The position numbers and the translations under genes were made by a program. This document shows positions 42,711 through 52,839 of a stretch of 64,000 bases of DNA, piece by piece; positions within the stretch are counted from its first letter, which is position 1, and each line of letters opens with the position of its first letter. The notes under the pieces are model-generated. The model was not told the DNA's origin, did no database searches, and was given only the letters and a program-made list of their open reading frames with translations. Origin of the DNA: Spirochaetota bacterium (GTDB lineage: Bacteria > Spirochaetota > UBA4802 > UBA5550); contig OY760686.1 in the NCBI GenBank assembly GCA_963663865.1, positions 2,944,001 to 3,008,000 on the forward strand, in the 5' to 3' direction.

Positions 42711-43160
42711 TCAATGCACAAGATCAAGAATCAGGCCCCTGATCTCTTCGATAGTCTTCATGAGATTGAATGCTGAATTACCTCTGGTAAGCTGTCCTGA
42801 AAGTTCAATAAGCTTGCTGTTTATAATCTCTGCAACGACAAATTCAGACCGGTTATCCATAAACCGGCGCTTAAGCTTTCGCGTCTTCGCTCCCTCATTG
42901 ATAGCGGTTCTCAGAATCTTCTGTACAAGAGCTTTATAACGTGAAAGCTCATAGAGGTTCTGCAGCTCTAAAAAACGCTTTTCCTGATCTCTCAGATCGG
43001 AAAGCAAATCGTCCAGGTCTCCCTCAACATCAGCGGCTACAGCGTTGGCAAGCTCTGTACTGAAAGATTTGTCCGAACCGGAAACCGGTAAATTTCTGTT
43101 TTTCTTGCCTATCCTCGGACGACCCTCACGGGTATTACCCGCATGCAGTATCTCTATCAT
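42711..43160 (-). CDS. YaaR/DUF327 family protein
   Basis: YKALVQ, EEIRGLILDL. Confidence 0.88.
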   Translation of the reverse strand: MIEILHAGNTREGRPRIGKKNRNLPVSGSDKSFSTELANAVAADVEGDLDDLLSDLRDQEKRFLELQNLYELSRYKALVQKILRTAINEGAKTRKLKRRFMDNRSEFVVAEIINSKLIELSGQLTRGNSAFNLMKTIEEIRGLILDLVH

Positions 43161-43173
43161 GCTGCCCCCCTGC

Positions 43174-43521
43174 TCAACGGTTTATGGTGCAGTTTCCTTC
43201 AAACTTAACCCCATCCTCCATGACAAGGCTTGGAGTAACGATGTTTCCTCTGATTTTTCCGGACGAAAGAAATATCACGCGTTCGGTGGCGAATATATTT
43301 CCTTTCACCTCACCTCCGACAACGACAAGCCTGGCCTTTATATCGGTCAGAGCTTCGCCGTTCTGACCGATAAGAACTTTCCCGTTCGTCTCGATGGTCC
43401 CTTTAAACTTGCCGTCTATCCTCAGAAGGCCGTTAATCTTGAATTCACCCTTGAATTCCGACCCCTCGCCGATGATACTGTTAACTATATTGTCCTCAGC
43501 CTGTTTGCCCGCTCTGTTCAC
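43174..43521 (-). CDS. bactofilin (polymer-forming cytoskeletal protein)
   Basis: IIGEGSEFKG, LRIDG, GVKFEGNC. Confidence 0.93.
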   Translation of the reverse strand: MNRAGKQAEDNIVNSIIGEGSEFKGEFKINGLLRIDGKFKGTIETNGKVLIGQNGEALTDIKARLVVVGGEVKGNIFATERVIFLSSGKIRGNIVTPSLVMEDGVKFEGNCTINR

Positions 43522-43732
43522 TTTTCACACTCTCTTTATTACGAATGCCATGTAACCTGTCGTGACATAATAATATCCCGTTTTTCGTTTACAAGTAAAA
43601 TTTAAACATCATCTCAATTATTACCCTCTATGCGGTCTTTAAAACTGTTTGACATTTACAGGCCTCAGGGCGAACCTGCGGGTCTTGACTGCCGCCTAAA
43701 ACGGCATACAACAAATGTTTCAGGGGATAAAG

Positions 43733-44188
43733 ATGAAAAAGTTCGTAATAGCCGCTGCCGCGATGATGATTCTGACATCGGCCTGCTCTCTTTTCAAAGA
43801 GACATTAAAAATCGATGATGTGGTGAAAGAAAAAGCGAGAATTGATTCTGTGGAAAACCCGGCTCTTAAGAGCATGATAAAGGACGACCTCGGACAAAAA
43901 CTCGTAGAAATCAAAAATGTTACGGTAAAAGAGGTTGTAAACTCATCAAATATCGATTATGATTTCTGCCTGATCGTAGACATTCTGTCTGACGGCAAGC
44001 GTGTTGAATGTCACGTATATTCAAAAAATGTATATACGCTTTCAAAGCTTGAGAACGGGAAAACAAAGGTTGACATCAAAGGCCGTTTTGGAAAGTTCTT
44101 CTCGATGCTGGATGACTACTACACAAAGGTGGAAATCCTTGAGGCATCAATAGAAATCATCAAACCTGAGGAGGTAAAAGCAGAATAA
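43733..44188 (+). CDS. putative lipoprotein, possible OB fold
   Basis: MKK plus lipobox SAC. Confidence 0.7.
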   Translation: MKKFVIAAAAMMILTSACSLFKETLKIDDVVKEKARIDSVENPALKSMIKDDLGQKLVEIKNVTVKEVVNSSNIDYDFCLIVDILSDGKRVECHVYSKNVYTLSKLENGKTKVDIKGRFGKFFSMLDDYYTKVEILEASIEIIKPEEVKAE

Positions 44189-45417
44189 TGGATTCATATA
44201 TTCAGAAACTATTCGCCGAAAGACTCGGCGGAGAAATGTTCGGCAAAGAAGAGAAGATTTACAAATTTGAAAAAATCAAACGTGCTAAACGAGCGGCACT
44301 TGCCGAAAACCCCGGCGTCGACATTATCGACCTCGGTGTCGGCGAGCCCGATGAGAAAGCGTTCGATATTGTTATCGAATCTCTCAGGACAGAAGCGGGC
44401 AAACACGAAAACAGGGGATATTCCGACAACGGCATAGACGAGTTCAAAGTTGCTGCCGCGAAGTATCTAAAAAGGGTTTTTGGGGTCGATGCGGATCCGA
44501 AGAAGCACATCATCCACTCCATCGGTTCTAAGCCGGCCCTCGCGATGCTCCCGTCCGCTTTCATCAACCCCGGGGATGTCACTATAATGACAGTGCCCGG
44601 CTATCCGGTTCTCGGCACCCACACTGAGTGGTATGCCGGTGAGGTTTACAACCTGAAACTACTGAAAGAAAATGGTTTTCTCCCGGATCTCGAAAGCATT
44701 CCAGCCGACATCCTCAAGAGGGCAAAAATACTTGTCATAAACTATCCGAACAACCCGACAGGAGCAGTCGCGACTGAAGAGTTCTTCAGGAAGGTAATCG
44801 CTTTCGCCAAAGCAAACAATCTTATTGTCGTTCAGGACGCGGCCTATGCGGACCTGACATACGGCGCGAAGCCTCTTTCATTTCTAAGCATACCGGAGGC
44901 GTGGGAAGTCGGCGTAGAGATTCATTCGCTCTCCAAGTCCTTCAACATGACCGGCTGGAGAATGGCCTTCGTCGCTGGAAACGAGCTCATAGTTAATGCC
45001 TTCGCGAACGTAAAGGACAATAACGACTCCGGCCAGTTCAAGGCCATTCAGAAAGCGGGAGTTACAGCGCTTGAACACCCGGAGATAACAGAATCGATCT
45101 GCGCCAAGTATGAAAGAAGGCTTGCGGCTCTTGTCAGAGTACTGTCAAACCTTGGATTCAGCGCTTCAATGCCGGGAGGCACGTTCTACCTTTACGTTGA
45201 GATACCGAAGGGAGTCCAGGGCGGGCGTCGCTTCGCAAGCGCAGAAGAGTTTTCCGAGTTTCTTATCAGAGAAAAACTCATCTCCACTGTGCCCTGGGAT
45301 GACGCGGGCCATTTCGTAAGGTTCTCTGCCACATTCGAGGCAAACGGAGAAGCCGACGAACAGAGAATTCTTAAAGAAATTGAAACGAGACTGTCTGACC
45401 TTAAATTCGAATTCTGA
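44188..45417 (+). CDS. dapL: LL-diaminopimelate aminotransferase
   Basis: YKFEKIK, NYPNNPTG, DAAY, SLSKSFNMTGWR, DSGQF. Confidence 0.88.
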   Translation: MDSYIQKLFAERLGGEMFGKEEKIYKFEKIKRAKRAALAENPGVDIIDLGVGEPDEKAFDIVIESLRTEAGKHENRGYSDNGIDEFKVAAAKYLKRVFGVDADPKKHIIHSIGSKPALAMLPSAFINPGDVTIMTVPGYPVLGTHTEWYAGEVYNLKLLKENGFLPDLESIPADILKRAKILVINYPNNPTGAVATEEFFRKVIAFAKANNLIVVQDAAYADLTYGAKPLSFLSIPEAWEVGVEIHSLSKSFNMTGWRMAFVAGNELIVNAFANVKDNNDSGQFKAIQKAGVTALEHPEITESICAKYERRLAALVRVLSNLGFSASMPGGTFYLYVEIPKGVQGGRRFASAEEFSEFLIREKLISTVPWDDAGHFVRFSATFEANGEADEQRILKEIETRLSDLKFEF

Positions 45418-45425
45418 GGTTTTTC

Positions 45426-47720
45426 TTGAAAAAGAGGACAATAGCCATTGCAGTATCGGCAGCAATTGCCGCGGTCGGACTGGCCGCGGCATTGCTGCTG
45501 TATTACTTCTCGCAGCGAGTCAGCTATGAAGGCCTTGTTCCTGGAGATGTCCACTCTGAAGTCACCATAAGAAGGGACTCTGGCGGCACTCCAGTCATTG
45601 AGGCAGACAGCCGCGAAGATCTTTTTTTTGCTCTCGGTTTTGTCCACACACAGGACCGCTTCATCCTCATGGAATACTACAGAATGATCGCGATGAGCAG
45701 AACTGCTGAATATGCCGGCCCGGACGGAATCATTCTTGACCGGATGACAAGAACAGCCGGAATACGCAGCAGGGCCTCAGAGATTACCGAAAATCTCGGA
45801 GAACCTTACAGCGCATATCTTCAGGCCTATACGAAAGGAATCAACTCTGTACGCAAAAAGTGGATAAAGGTCTTTCCTCTAAAAAGAGAGTGGCAGCCTG
45901 TTGACGTCATTGCCATTATGCTTCTCAGAGAATGGGCGTCCTCTTTCTTAAACAACACAGAAATATTTTTTCAGTTTGAAGAGTCTGAACGAAAATTGAG
46001 TCCGGAAAGTTTTTTCCCTCAGAACATGATTTCATATTATCCTCCAGAACATAGCACAGGAGCTTCGCATCTAACCAGCATGAAGGATGTGCTGAACAGG
46101 TATCTGGGGGTATTCAACAATGGATTCGCTTTCCCGGTCAGGCTTTTGTCTGAGGGATCTGCAAAACACGCAGCCGCAGTAAGTTTTGAAAGCTCAACTT
46201 CAATCTACCCTGACTGGTATCCCGTTGTGTTTCAATACGGCGACATCAAGCTTACAGGAATAACCGTGGCCGGTCTCCCCTTCTTTTTTTCGGGAAGCAA
46301 CCAGAGCATGGCCTTTTGCAGTTTCAATCTTAAAACCGACACACAGCGTTTTTACGCTGAAACCGTCAGCGCGGCAGAAAACACAATGCGCTACAAACAC
46401 CGCGGCGTCTGGAAAGACTTCAAAACCGTCAGAGAGCCCGACCTGAGCGAACCGCAGGTTTCACGATTCGACATTGTATGGTTAACCGGGAACGGCCCTG
46501 TGATCAATGATATTTTCACCGAAACCGGAAGCGAGAAAACCATATATACCATGAGCTGCATTCACCCGAACGAGAAGTATTTTAAAACCCTGTTCGACAT
46601 ACCCTTCTCAGAGAACGCCCGCAAAGCGCTTAACTCGGTCCAGCCGGGCTCGTCGCCCAGCGCATATCTATTTATTGATCAGAATGATACCTTTATAAAG
46701 TATTCAGGCAGGCTTTTCCCGGTGCCGCAAAGCAAATCAGTTTTTTTGGAAGGCGCCGCCGCGGCAGCCGAACAGGTTGTGGTTAATAACACAATCATAC
46801 CGGGACAGCTCTCCGGAATAGCAGGCACAGGATTCCTCGAAACAGCGCCATACATTATCCGCAGCCAGTCAATACATGACAGCTCAAGGCTGAAAAGGCT
46901 GGAAGAGCTTGTGCGTCTTGCAAATCACCGGGGGGCAGATGCAGATGAGAACGAAATTCTTGAAATACTCACCGACACATATTCAGTAAACGCGTTTAAG
47001 CTGGCCCCCTTATTCGCTAAAATGCTTGCGCCGGCCCCGATCACTTCGGCGAGACTGGCTCGTATATACTTTAGTGAATGGAATTACAGATTTACAAAAG
47101 ACCAGGTCGCACCTACAATCTTTGAAGGACTCACCCGAAACTACATCATAGAAACCGTTAAGGATGAGTTTCCGTCACAAAAAGAAACGCTGTACCAGAA
47201 CTACTCATGTATAATCGACAGGTTTTCAGACATCATCCTCGCAGGAAAGGAAAAGGAGTTCTTTGATGACAGGCGAACCGAAAAAGCCGAAACAGCTGAA
47301 ATGATTTTCGACAGGGCCTTTCTTGTGACCACGAGGGAACTTAACCGCCTTCACGGACCGGTCATGAACGACTGGACATGGGGCAAAACACACAAAAGCC
47401 GCTATGGAATGCCCTTTGAGAAAGTCTCTCTTTTCAGCCGCTATTACCACAACCCGGACACAATACCCTTTGAAGGCGCTTCATCAACGGTATTCACAGG
47501 TAAAAGCGACGGCTCTTTCCGCCCGGTGAGAGCAACGTCCCTCTGCGGAGTGATCTCAACCGAAAATTCAGTACTGAACGCCGGCTTCTCTTTCTCGGTC
47601 AACCCATTCTCGGAATTTTATTTTGAAGAAAAACAACCCGGCGGAAAAGACAAATTCGGGAGCGATACCGTCTCTTATACCACTACTATAGTTCCCACTG
47701 AACAGTTTGAACCGAAATAG
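45426..47720 (+). CDS. penicillin acylase (Ntn hydrolase) homolog, probably catalytically inactive
   Basis: IRRDSGGTPVI, FALGFVHTQDR, AYTKGIN, NGPVI, WTWGKTH; no GSNNW motif. Confidence 0.8.
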   Translation: MKKRTIAIAVSAAIAAVGLAAALLLYYFSQRVSYEGLVPGDVHSEVTIRRDSGGTPVIEADSREDLFFALGFVHTQDRFILMEYYRMIAMSRTAEYAGPDGIILDRMTRTAGIRSRASEITENLGEPYSAYLQAYTKGINSVRKKWIKVFPLKREWQPVDVIAIMLLREWASSFLNNTEIFFQFEESERKLSPESFFPQNMISYYPPEHSTGASHLTSMKDVLNRYLGVFNNGFAFPVRLLSEGSAKHAAAVSFESSTSIYPDWYPVVFQYGDIKLTGITVAGLPFFFSGSNQSMAFCSFNLKTDTQRFYAETVSAAENTMRYKHRGVWKDFKTVREPDLSEPQVSRFDIVWLTGNGPVINDIFTETGSEKTIYTMSCIHPNEKYFKTLFDIPFSENARKALNSVQPGSSPSAYLFIDQNDTFIKYSGRLFPVPQSKSVFLEGAAAAAEQVVVNNTIIPGQLSGIAGTGFLETAPYIIRSQSIHDSSRLKRLEELVRLANHRGADADENEILEILTDTYSVNAFKLAPLFAKMLAPAPITSARLARIYFSEWNYRFTKDQVAPTIFEGLTRNYIIETVKDEFPSQKETLYQNYSCIIDRFSDIILAGKEKEFFDDRRTEKAETAEMIFDRAFLVTTRELNRLHGPVMNDWTWGKTHKSRYGMPFEKVSLFSRYYHNPDTIPFEGASSTVFTGKSDGSFRPVRATSLCGVISTENSVLNAGFSFSVNPFSEFYFEEKQPGGKDKFGSDTVSYTTTIVPTEQFEPK

Positions 47721-47819
47721 TTTTTTTCTTGCAAATTAAAAATCCACATTGATTTTTAACATTGTTCCGGCGCGGATTTCTTTTTTCACGTCACATAATA
47801 ATCACTCAGAGGTATCAGG

Positions 47820-49121
47820 ATGATATTCAACAGAGAATATGAGGCCATGCCTGCGGCCGCCATGAAGGAGCTCCAGCTTGAAAGGCTTAAATGGTCTCTA
47901 ACACACGCTTACAACAACAACAAATTCTATCAGGACAGCTTTAACAGCGCCGGATTTCATCCTGATCAACTTAAGAGCCTTTCCGACATGTCGCGAGTCC
48001 CGTTTCTGACAAAGCAGGATATGCGCAACAGCTATCCTTACGGACTGTTTGCTGTCCCTCTGAATAAGGTAGTCAGAGTACACTCCTCATCAGGAACAAC
48101 CGGAAACGCGACAGTAGTCGGGTACACAAAAAACGATGTGGAAGTGTTCGCTGAAATAGTCGCCAGATCGCTCACCTGCTATGGAGTAACTTCAGATGAT
48201 ATAATACAGGTTGCTTACGGCTACGGACTCTTTACCGGCGGCCTCGGGCTTCACTACGGGTCGGAAAAGCTCGGGGCGCTGACTATACCCATCTCCGGGG
48301 GGAACACCGACAGACAGCTGATGCTTCTTAAGGATTTCGGTTCAACAGTAATTGCCTGTACCCCTTCCTATCTGCTCAATATAGCAGACCACATTGCAAA
48401 GACTGATTCATTCGATATAAGGGACACTAAACTTCGAATAGGCGTACTGGGGGCCGAACCATGGTCTGATGAAATGAGAAACGAGATCGAAACAAGACTT
48501 GGAATTGAAGCATATGACATTTACGGACTGAGCGAGGTTATGGGTCCCGGAGTATCCGCAGAGTGCCAGGCGCGCAACGGGCTTCACATCTTCGAAGACC
48601 ACTTCTACGTTGAGATTATCAACCCTGAAACAGGAGAGGTTCTTCCCGAAGGAAGCGAGGGAGAGATAGTGTACACGTCGCTGACGAAGGAAGCCTTCCC
48701 TACTATACGATACCGTTCAAGGGACATCACAACCCTGTACAGAGAACCATGTTCATGCGGAAGAACCCTTGTCCGCATGAAAAAGGTAACAGGCCGTTCT
48801 GACGACATGCTCATCATCAGAGGAGTGAACGTATATCCTTCTCAGATTGAGTCCATTCTCATGTCAGTCAAGGGTACCGAACCTCACTATCAGATATACA
48901 TTGACCGTGAGGGAGCGCTTGATGCTATGGAGGTCAAAGTTGAGATAAACGAGAAGCTTTTCTCTGACGAACTCAAGGTCCTTGACGCACTGCGGTCTGA
49001 GATATCAGACCGTTTCAAAACCATGCTCGGAATATCCGCCAGAATAACCCTTGTGGAACCGATGACCATTGCCCGAAGCGAGGGCAAAGCAAAAAGGGTC
49101 GTTGACCGCAGAAATAAATAA
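47820..49121 (+). CDS. paaK: phenylacetate--CoA ligase
   Basis: [32 protein letters not shown]. Confidence 0.95.
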   Translation: MIFNREYEAMPAAAMKELQLERLKWSLTHAYNNNKFYQDSFNSAGFHPDQLKSLSDMSRVPFLTKQDMRNSYPYGLFAVPLNKVVRVHSSSGTTGNATVVGYTKNDVEVFAEIVARSLTCYGVTSDDIIQVAYGYGLFTGGLGLHYGSEKLGALTIPISGGNTDRQLMLLKDFGSTVIACTPSYLLNIADHIAKTDSFDIRDTKLRIGVLGAEPWSDEMRNEIETRLGIEAYDIYGLSEVMGPGVSAECQARNGLHIFEDHFYVEIINPETGEVLPEGSEGEIVYTSLTKEAFPTIRYRSRDITTLYREPCSCGRTLVRMKKVTGRSDDMLIIRGVNVYPSQIESILMSVKGTEPHYQIYIDREGALDAMEVKVEINEKLFSDELKVLDALRSEISDRFKTMLGISARITLVEPMTIARSEGKAKRVVDRRNK

Positions 49122-49134
49122 CCGGAGGCAGCCA

Positions 49135-49566
49135 ATGAACGTTTCACAACTCTCAGTATTTGTCGAAAACAGGCCAGGGCATCTGCAGAACGTGCTTAAA
49201 ATTCTCGCGGAAGCCGACATCAACATAATAACGCTTACAATCGCTGAAACCTCCGATTTTGGAATACTGCGCATGATAGTCAGCAATACTTCGTCAGCGG
49301 CTGAAGTTCTCAAAAGAGAACATATCACCTGCTCAACAACTGAAGTCCTTGCTATCGAAATAGACGATAAACCGGGAGCCTTATACAGGGCCGTGGACAC
49401 TTTTTCAAAAAGAAACCTTAACATTGAATACATGTACGCGTTCAACGAGAAAAGAAACAACAAATGCGTCATGATATTCAGATTCGATGATATTGAATCT
49501 GCTAAAACCGCTCTCATTGAAGAGGGATACAGCATAGTAAGAAAACAGGATATTAATGGAGAATAA
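49135..49566 (+). CDS. tandem ACT domain protein
   Basis: QLSVFVENRPG, FGILR, DKPG, NIEYMY; GGAGG SD. Confidence 0.92.
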   Translation: MNVSQLSVFVENRPGHLQNVLKILAEADINIITLTIAETSDFGILRMIVSNTSSAAEVLKREHITCSTTEVLAIEIDDKPGALYRAVDTFSKRNLNIEYMYAFNEKRNNKCVMIFRFDDIESAKTALIEEGYSIVRKQDINGE

Positions 49567-49569
49567 CTG

Positions 49570-51135
49570 ATGCAGAAAAAAGTATTACTCGGCAACGAAG
49601 CAGTTGCGAGGGGGGCCTACGAAGCGGGATGCCACGTCGCTGCCGCGTATCCCGGCACTCCAAGTACGGAGATACTCGAAACAATTGCCAGGGACTACCC
49701 TGAAATAAAGTCACAGTGGTCCCCCAATGAGAAGGTGGCCCTCGAAGTCGCAGCCGGGGCTTCTATTGCCGGAGCCCGCTGTCTCGTTACGATGAAACAT
49801 GTTGGACTCAATGTCGCCGCCGACCCGCTGTTTACGTTTTCGTACACGGGAGTCAACGGCGGACTTGTCATAATAAACGCGGATGATCCCGGAGCATGGA
49901 GTTCACAGAATGAACAGGATAACCGGCATATCGCCAGAGCGGCGAAGATACCTCTCCTTGATCCTTCCGATCCTGCCGAGGCAAAGGAGTTTACACGTCT
50001 GGCCTTTGAGCTGTCTGAAAGATTCGATGTTCCTTTCATGGTCAGAACTACAACCCGAATTGCCCACTCACAGGGACTCGTTGAGCTGGGGGACAGGGAA
50101 GATGTAGCCGTAAAGGAGTTTGAACGCAACCCGCAGAAAAACGTCATGATTCCTGCTCACGCAAGGGTAAGGCACAAGTACAAGGAAGAGGTGCAGCTTC
50201 CGGCGCTTCTTGAATATTCAGAAACATCCGGGCTAAACAGAGCTGAAATCCGAAATAAAAAGAGGGGGATAATAACCTCTGCGGTAGCTTACCAGTATGT
50301 AATGGAGGTTTGCCCTGACGATTCAGTCCTGAAAATTGGCATGCCCTGGCCTCTTCCGGAAAAAATGGTAAGGGACTTTGCCTCACAGGTTGAGGAACTC
50401 TACATTGTCGAAGAACTTGACCCCTTCATCGAGGATGCCGTCAGGGCAATGGGCATAACTGTAAAAGGGGGCAAGGGGCTTATTCCGATTACGGGCGAGC
50501 TTAATCCCGACATAGTCGATGAGGCGCTGAACGGAAAAAAACCGTCTCCAGATATGCCCGTCTATGACGCGTCAAAGATCCCGCCAAGGCCTCCGTCATT
50601 GTGCAAGGGATGCCCTCACGCGATTGTTTTTAATATTATTAACAAGCTCGATCTCCACGTAAACGGCGACATAGGCTGCTATACACTCGGAGTGCTTCCG
50701 CCTTACAACGCTATGCACACACAGGGCTGCATGGGCGCCAGCATAGGAATGCATCTCGGCATGGAAAAAGCCCATGGACGCGAAATTGCTCGAAAAAGCG
50801 TTGCCGTTATAGGCGATTCTACATTTATCCACTCCGGAATTACAGCGCTGATTGATCTCGTGTATAACGGAGGAACCGGAACGGTGCTCATTCTTGACAA
50901 CCGTATCACTGCCATGACCGGGCATCAGGAAAACCCCGCCACAGGGAAAACCCTCTCCGGCGAAGACACCATCGAACTTGACCTGGAGCTGATGTGCAAA
51001 GCGTGCGGCGTCAAGCGCGTCGTCACCGTAGACCCGAAAAATGCCGACGAGTTCGAAAATATCCTCCGTGAGGAAACAGCCGCGGAAGAACCCTCGGTAA
51101 TCATAGCGCGCAGAAAATGCATACTTGTAAAATAG
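49570..51135 (+). CDS. iorA: indolepyruvate ferredoxin oxidoreductase alpha subunit
   Basis: GNEA, YPGTPSTE, MKHVGLNVAAD, CKGCPH, GDSTF, AMTGHQ. Confidence 0.93.
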   Translation: MQKKVLLGNEAVARGAYEAGCHVAAAYPGTPSTEILETIARDYPEIKSQWSPNEKVALEVAAGASIAGARCLVTMKHVGLNVAADPLFTFSYTGVNGGLVIINADDPGAWSSQNEQDNRHIARAAKIPLLDPSDPAEAKEFTRLAFELSERFDVPFMVRTTTRIAHSQGLVELGDREDVAVKEFERNPQKNVMIPAHARVRHKYKEEVQLPALLEYSETSGLNRAEIRNKKRGIITSAVAYQYVMEVCPDDSVLKIGMPWPLPEKMVRDFASQVEELYIVEELDPFIEDAVRAMGITVKGGKGLIPITGELNPDIVDEALNGKKPSPDMPVYDASKIPPRPPSLCKGCPHAIVFNIINKLDLHVNGDIGCYTLGVLPPYNAMHTQGCMGASIGMHLGMEKAHGREIARKSVAVIGDSTFIHSGITALIDLVYNGGTGTVLILDNRITAMTGHQENPATGKTLSGEDTIELDLELMCKACGVKRVVTVDPKNADEFENILREETAAEEPSVIIARRKCILVK

Positions 51136-51145
51136 GAGATAACAG

Positions 51146-51709
51146 ATGAATATAATCTTTGCTGGTGTCGGCGGACAGGGCGTTATTCTCGCCGGCAAGG
51201 TACTCATGGAAGTCGCGCGGAACGCAGGCTACGACGTAAAGGAATCTGAGGTTCACGGGATGGCGCAGAGAGGAGGAAGCGTAGACTGCCAGGTAAGATA
51301 CGGTGAAAAGGTACACTCACCTCTCATCAGGAAAGGAAGCGCCGACTTCATTTTGTCATTCGAGCTGATTGAGATACTTAGAAAGATTGACCTTCTTGCC
51401 CCAGGCGGCAAGGCCCTTGTCAACAGGCTCAGAATCAATCCGGCTCCTGTTGAATCAGGCCTCATGGAATATCCTGACGACATTGAGCCCTGGATAGTGG
51501 CAAACCTTCCATCAGTGCGCCTCATAGACACCGAAGATGCCCTCAGAGAAGCCGGCTCCAAAAAGGCCGTTAACATCGTAATGCTGGGCGCTCTGTCAAA
51601 GGAGCTTGACTTCAGCCCCGAAGACTGGATTCGTGCCATCGAAGCAATGGTAAAACCCAAATTCGTTGAAATGAACATAAAGGCATTCAACCTCGGGCGG
51701 GAACTGTGA
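51146..51709 (+). CDS. iorB: indolepyruvate ferredoxin oxidoreductase beta subunit
   Basis: GVGGQG, EVHGMAQRGGSV, NIVMLG. Confidence 0.93.
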   Translation: MNIIFAGVGGQGVILAGKVLMEVARNAGYDVKESEVHGMAQRGGSVDCQVRYGEKVHSPLIRKGSADFILSFELIEILRKIDLLAPGGKALVNRLRINPAPVESGLMEYPDDIEPWIVANLPSVRLIDTEDALREAGSKKAVNIVMLGALSKELDFSPEDWIRAIEAMVKPKFVEMNIKAFNLGREL

Positions 51710-51729
51710 CCCGTATTTTTTAGTTAACA

Positions 51730-51760
51730 CCCCCGCGGCTGCGGGGGAGTCTTTTCTTCT
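51730..51760 (+). terminator. probable terminator after iorB
   Basis: CCCCCGC-GGCT-GCGGGGG followed by a T-rich tract. Confidence 0.6.
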
Positions 51761-51853
51761 CCTTCCGAATCTCAAATTACTATAATTGAACCAACCAGGG
51801 TCAACAATCCTGAAACAAAAACGCATAATTTTATAATTTTTTTCAGAAGGATA

Positions 51854-51882
51854 TTGCCGTTTTCTAAAACCCTGAGTATATT
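51854..51882 (+). promoter_or_regulatory. sigma70-type promoter of the hsp20 operon
   Basis: TTGCCG-17-TATATT directly upstream of CIRCE. Confidence 0.6.
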
Positions 51883-51895
51883 ATAACTGTTTCTG

Positions 51896-51922
51896 TTAGC
51901 ACTCGTCTTTATCGAGTGCTAA
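51896..51922. promoter_or_regulatory. CIRCE element (HrcA operator)
   Basis: Exact TTAGCACTC-N9-GAGTGCTAA. Confidence 0.97.
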
Positions 51923-51952
51923 CAGAAACAGTACATTTTAAGGAGGTTTGCT

Positions 51953-52405
51953 ATGAAATGGGGACTTGCGAACACAAAAAAAGCCTCTGAAAGGGGTACC
52001 TTGTCGCTGAGAAACAACCTTGACAGGGTTTTCGACGACTTCTTTTCATTCAGGCCTTCGGCGCTTTTCGATTCAGAGTGGCTACCGAAGCTTGATTTAA
52101 AAGAGGATGAAAAACTTTTCAAAGTTGAAGCCGAGGTGCCTGGAATTGAGGAGAAAGATCTGAATGTTACTATTGACGGCAACATACTGACAATTTCAGG
52201 GGAGAGAAGATGTGAAAACGAAGAAAAAAACGGTAAGGTTATAATGTCCGAAAGATGCTACGGCAGCTTCAGCAGATCACTAAGACTTCCAGAAGCAGTA
52301 AAGACGGATAAGGTCTCAGCTGTTTTCAAAAACGGCGTACTGAAGCTTGAGATTCCGAAGGATGAATCGAAGCTTCCTAAAAAAATCAAAGTAAATGTTC
52401 AATAA
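51953..52405 (+). CDS. Hsp20/alpha-crystallin protein 1
   Basis: EVPG, ERCYGSFSRSL, NGVL. Confidence 0.95.
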   Translation: MKWGLANTKKASERGTLSLRNNLDRVFDDFFSFRPSALFDSEWLPKLDLKEDEKLFKVEAEVPGIEEKDLNVTIDGNILTISGERRCENEEKNGKVIMSERCYGSFSRSLRLPEAVKTDKVSAVFKNGVLKLEIPKDESKLPKKIKVNVQ

Positions 52406-52418
52406 CAGGGAGGACACT

Positions 52419-52826
52419 ATGTTCTACACATACGATATTTTCAACGACGCGCTCAGGCTTAAGGACATAATTGACGGTTTTTTTGACGACGCCCCAGGTT
52501 CAACAGGCAGAGAGTTCCCCCTCGTAAACATATACGAGAAGGATGATACCGTAACGATCAAAGCCCTGATGCCGGGAGTAAAATCAGAAGACCTTAACAT
52601 TGAGCTTGCCGGAGAGAGCCTTATTATTTCCGGCGAAAGGAAGTCCGACTACACCGAATCTCCCTATGTGAGAAAGGAGAGGTCCTTCGGGGCTTTCAAG
52701 AAGTCGGTAAGAATTCCCTGGGCGGTAAACCCAAATACAATCAAAGCCGGCCTTGACAGGGGCATCTTGACTCTGACCCTTGACAAGAGCGAAGACGCGA
52801 AGCCGAGAAAGATAACGATAAACTGA
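52419..52826 (+). CDS. Hsp20/alpha-crystallin protein 2
   Basis: PLVNIYE, ERSFGAF, KPRKI; GGAGG SD. Confidence 0.95.
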   Translation: MFYTYDIFNDALRLKDIIDGFFDDAPGSTGREFPLVNIYEKDDTVTIKALMPGVKSEDLNIELAGESLIISGERKSDYTESPYVRKERSFGAFKKSVRIPWAVNPNTIKAGLDRGILTLTLDKSEDAKPRKITIN

Positions 52827-52839
52827 AAGGAGGAATGCC

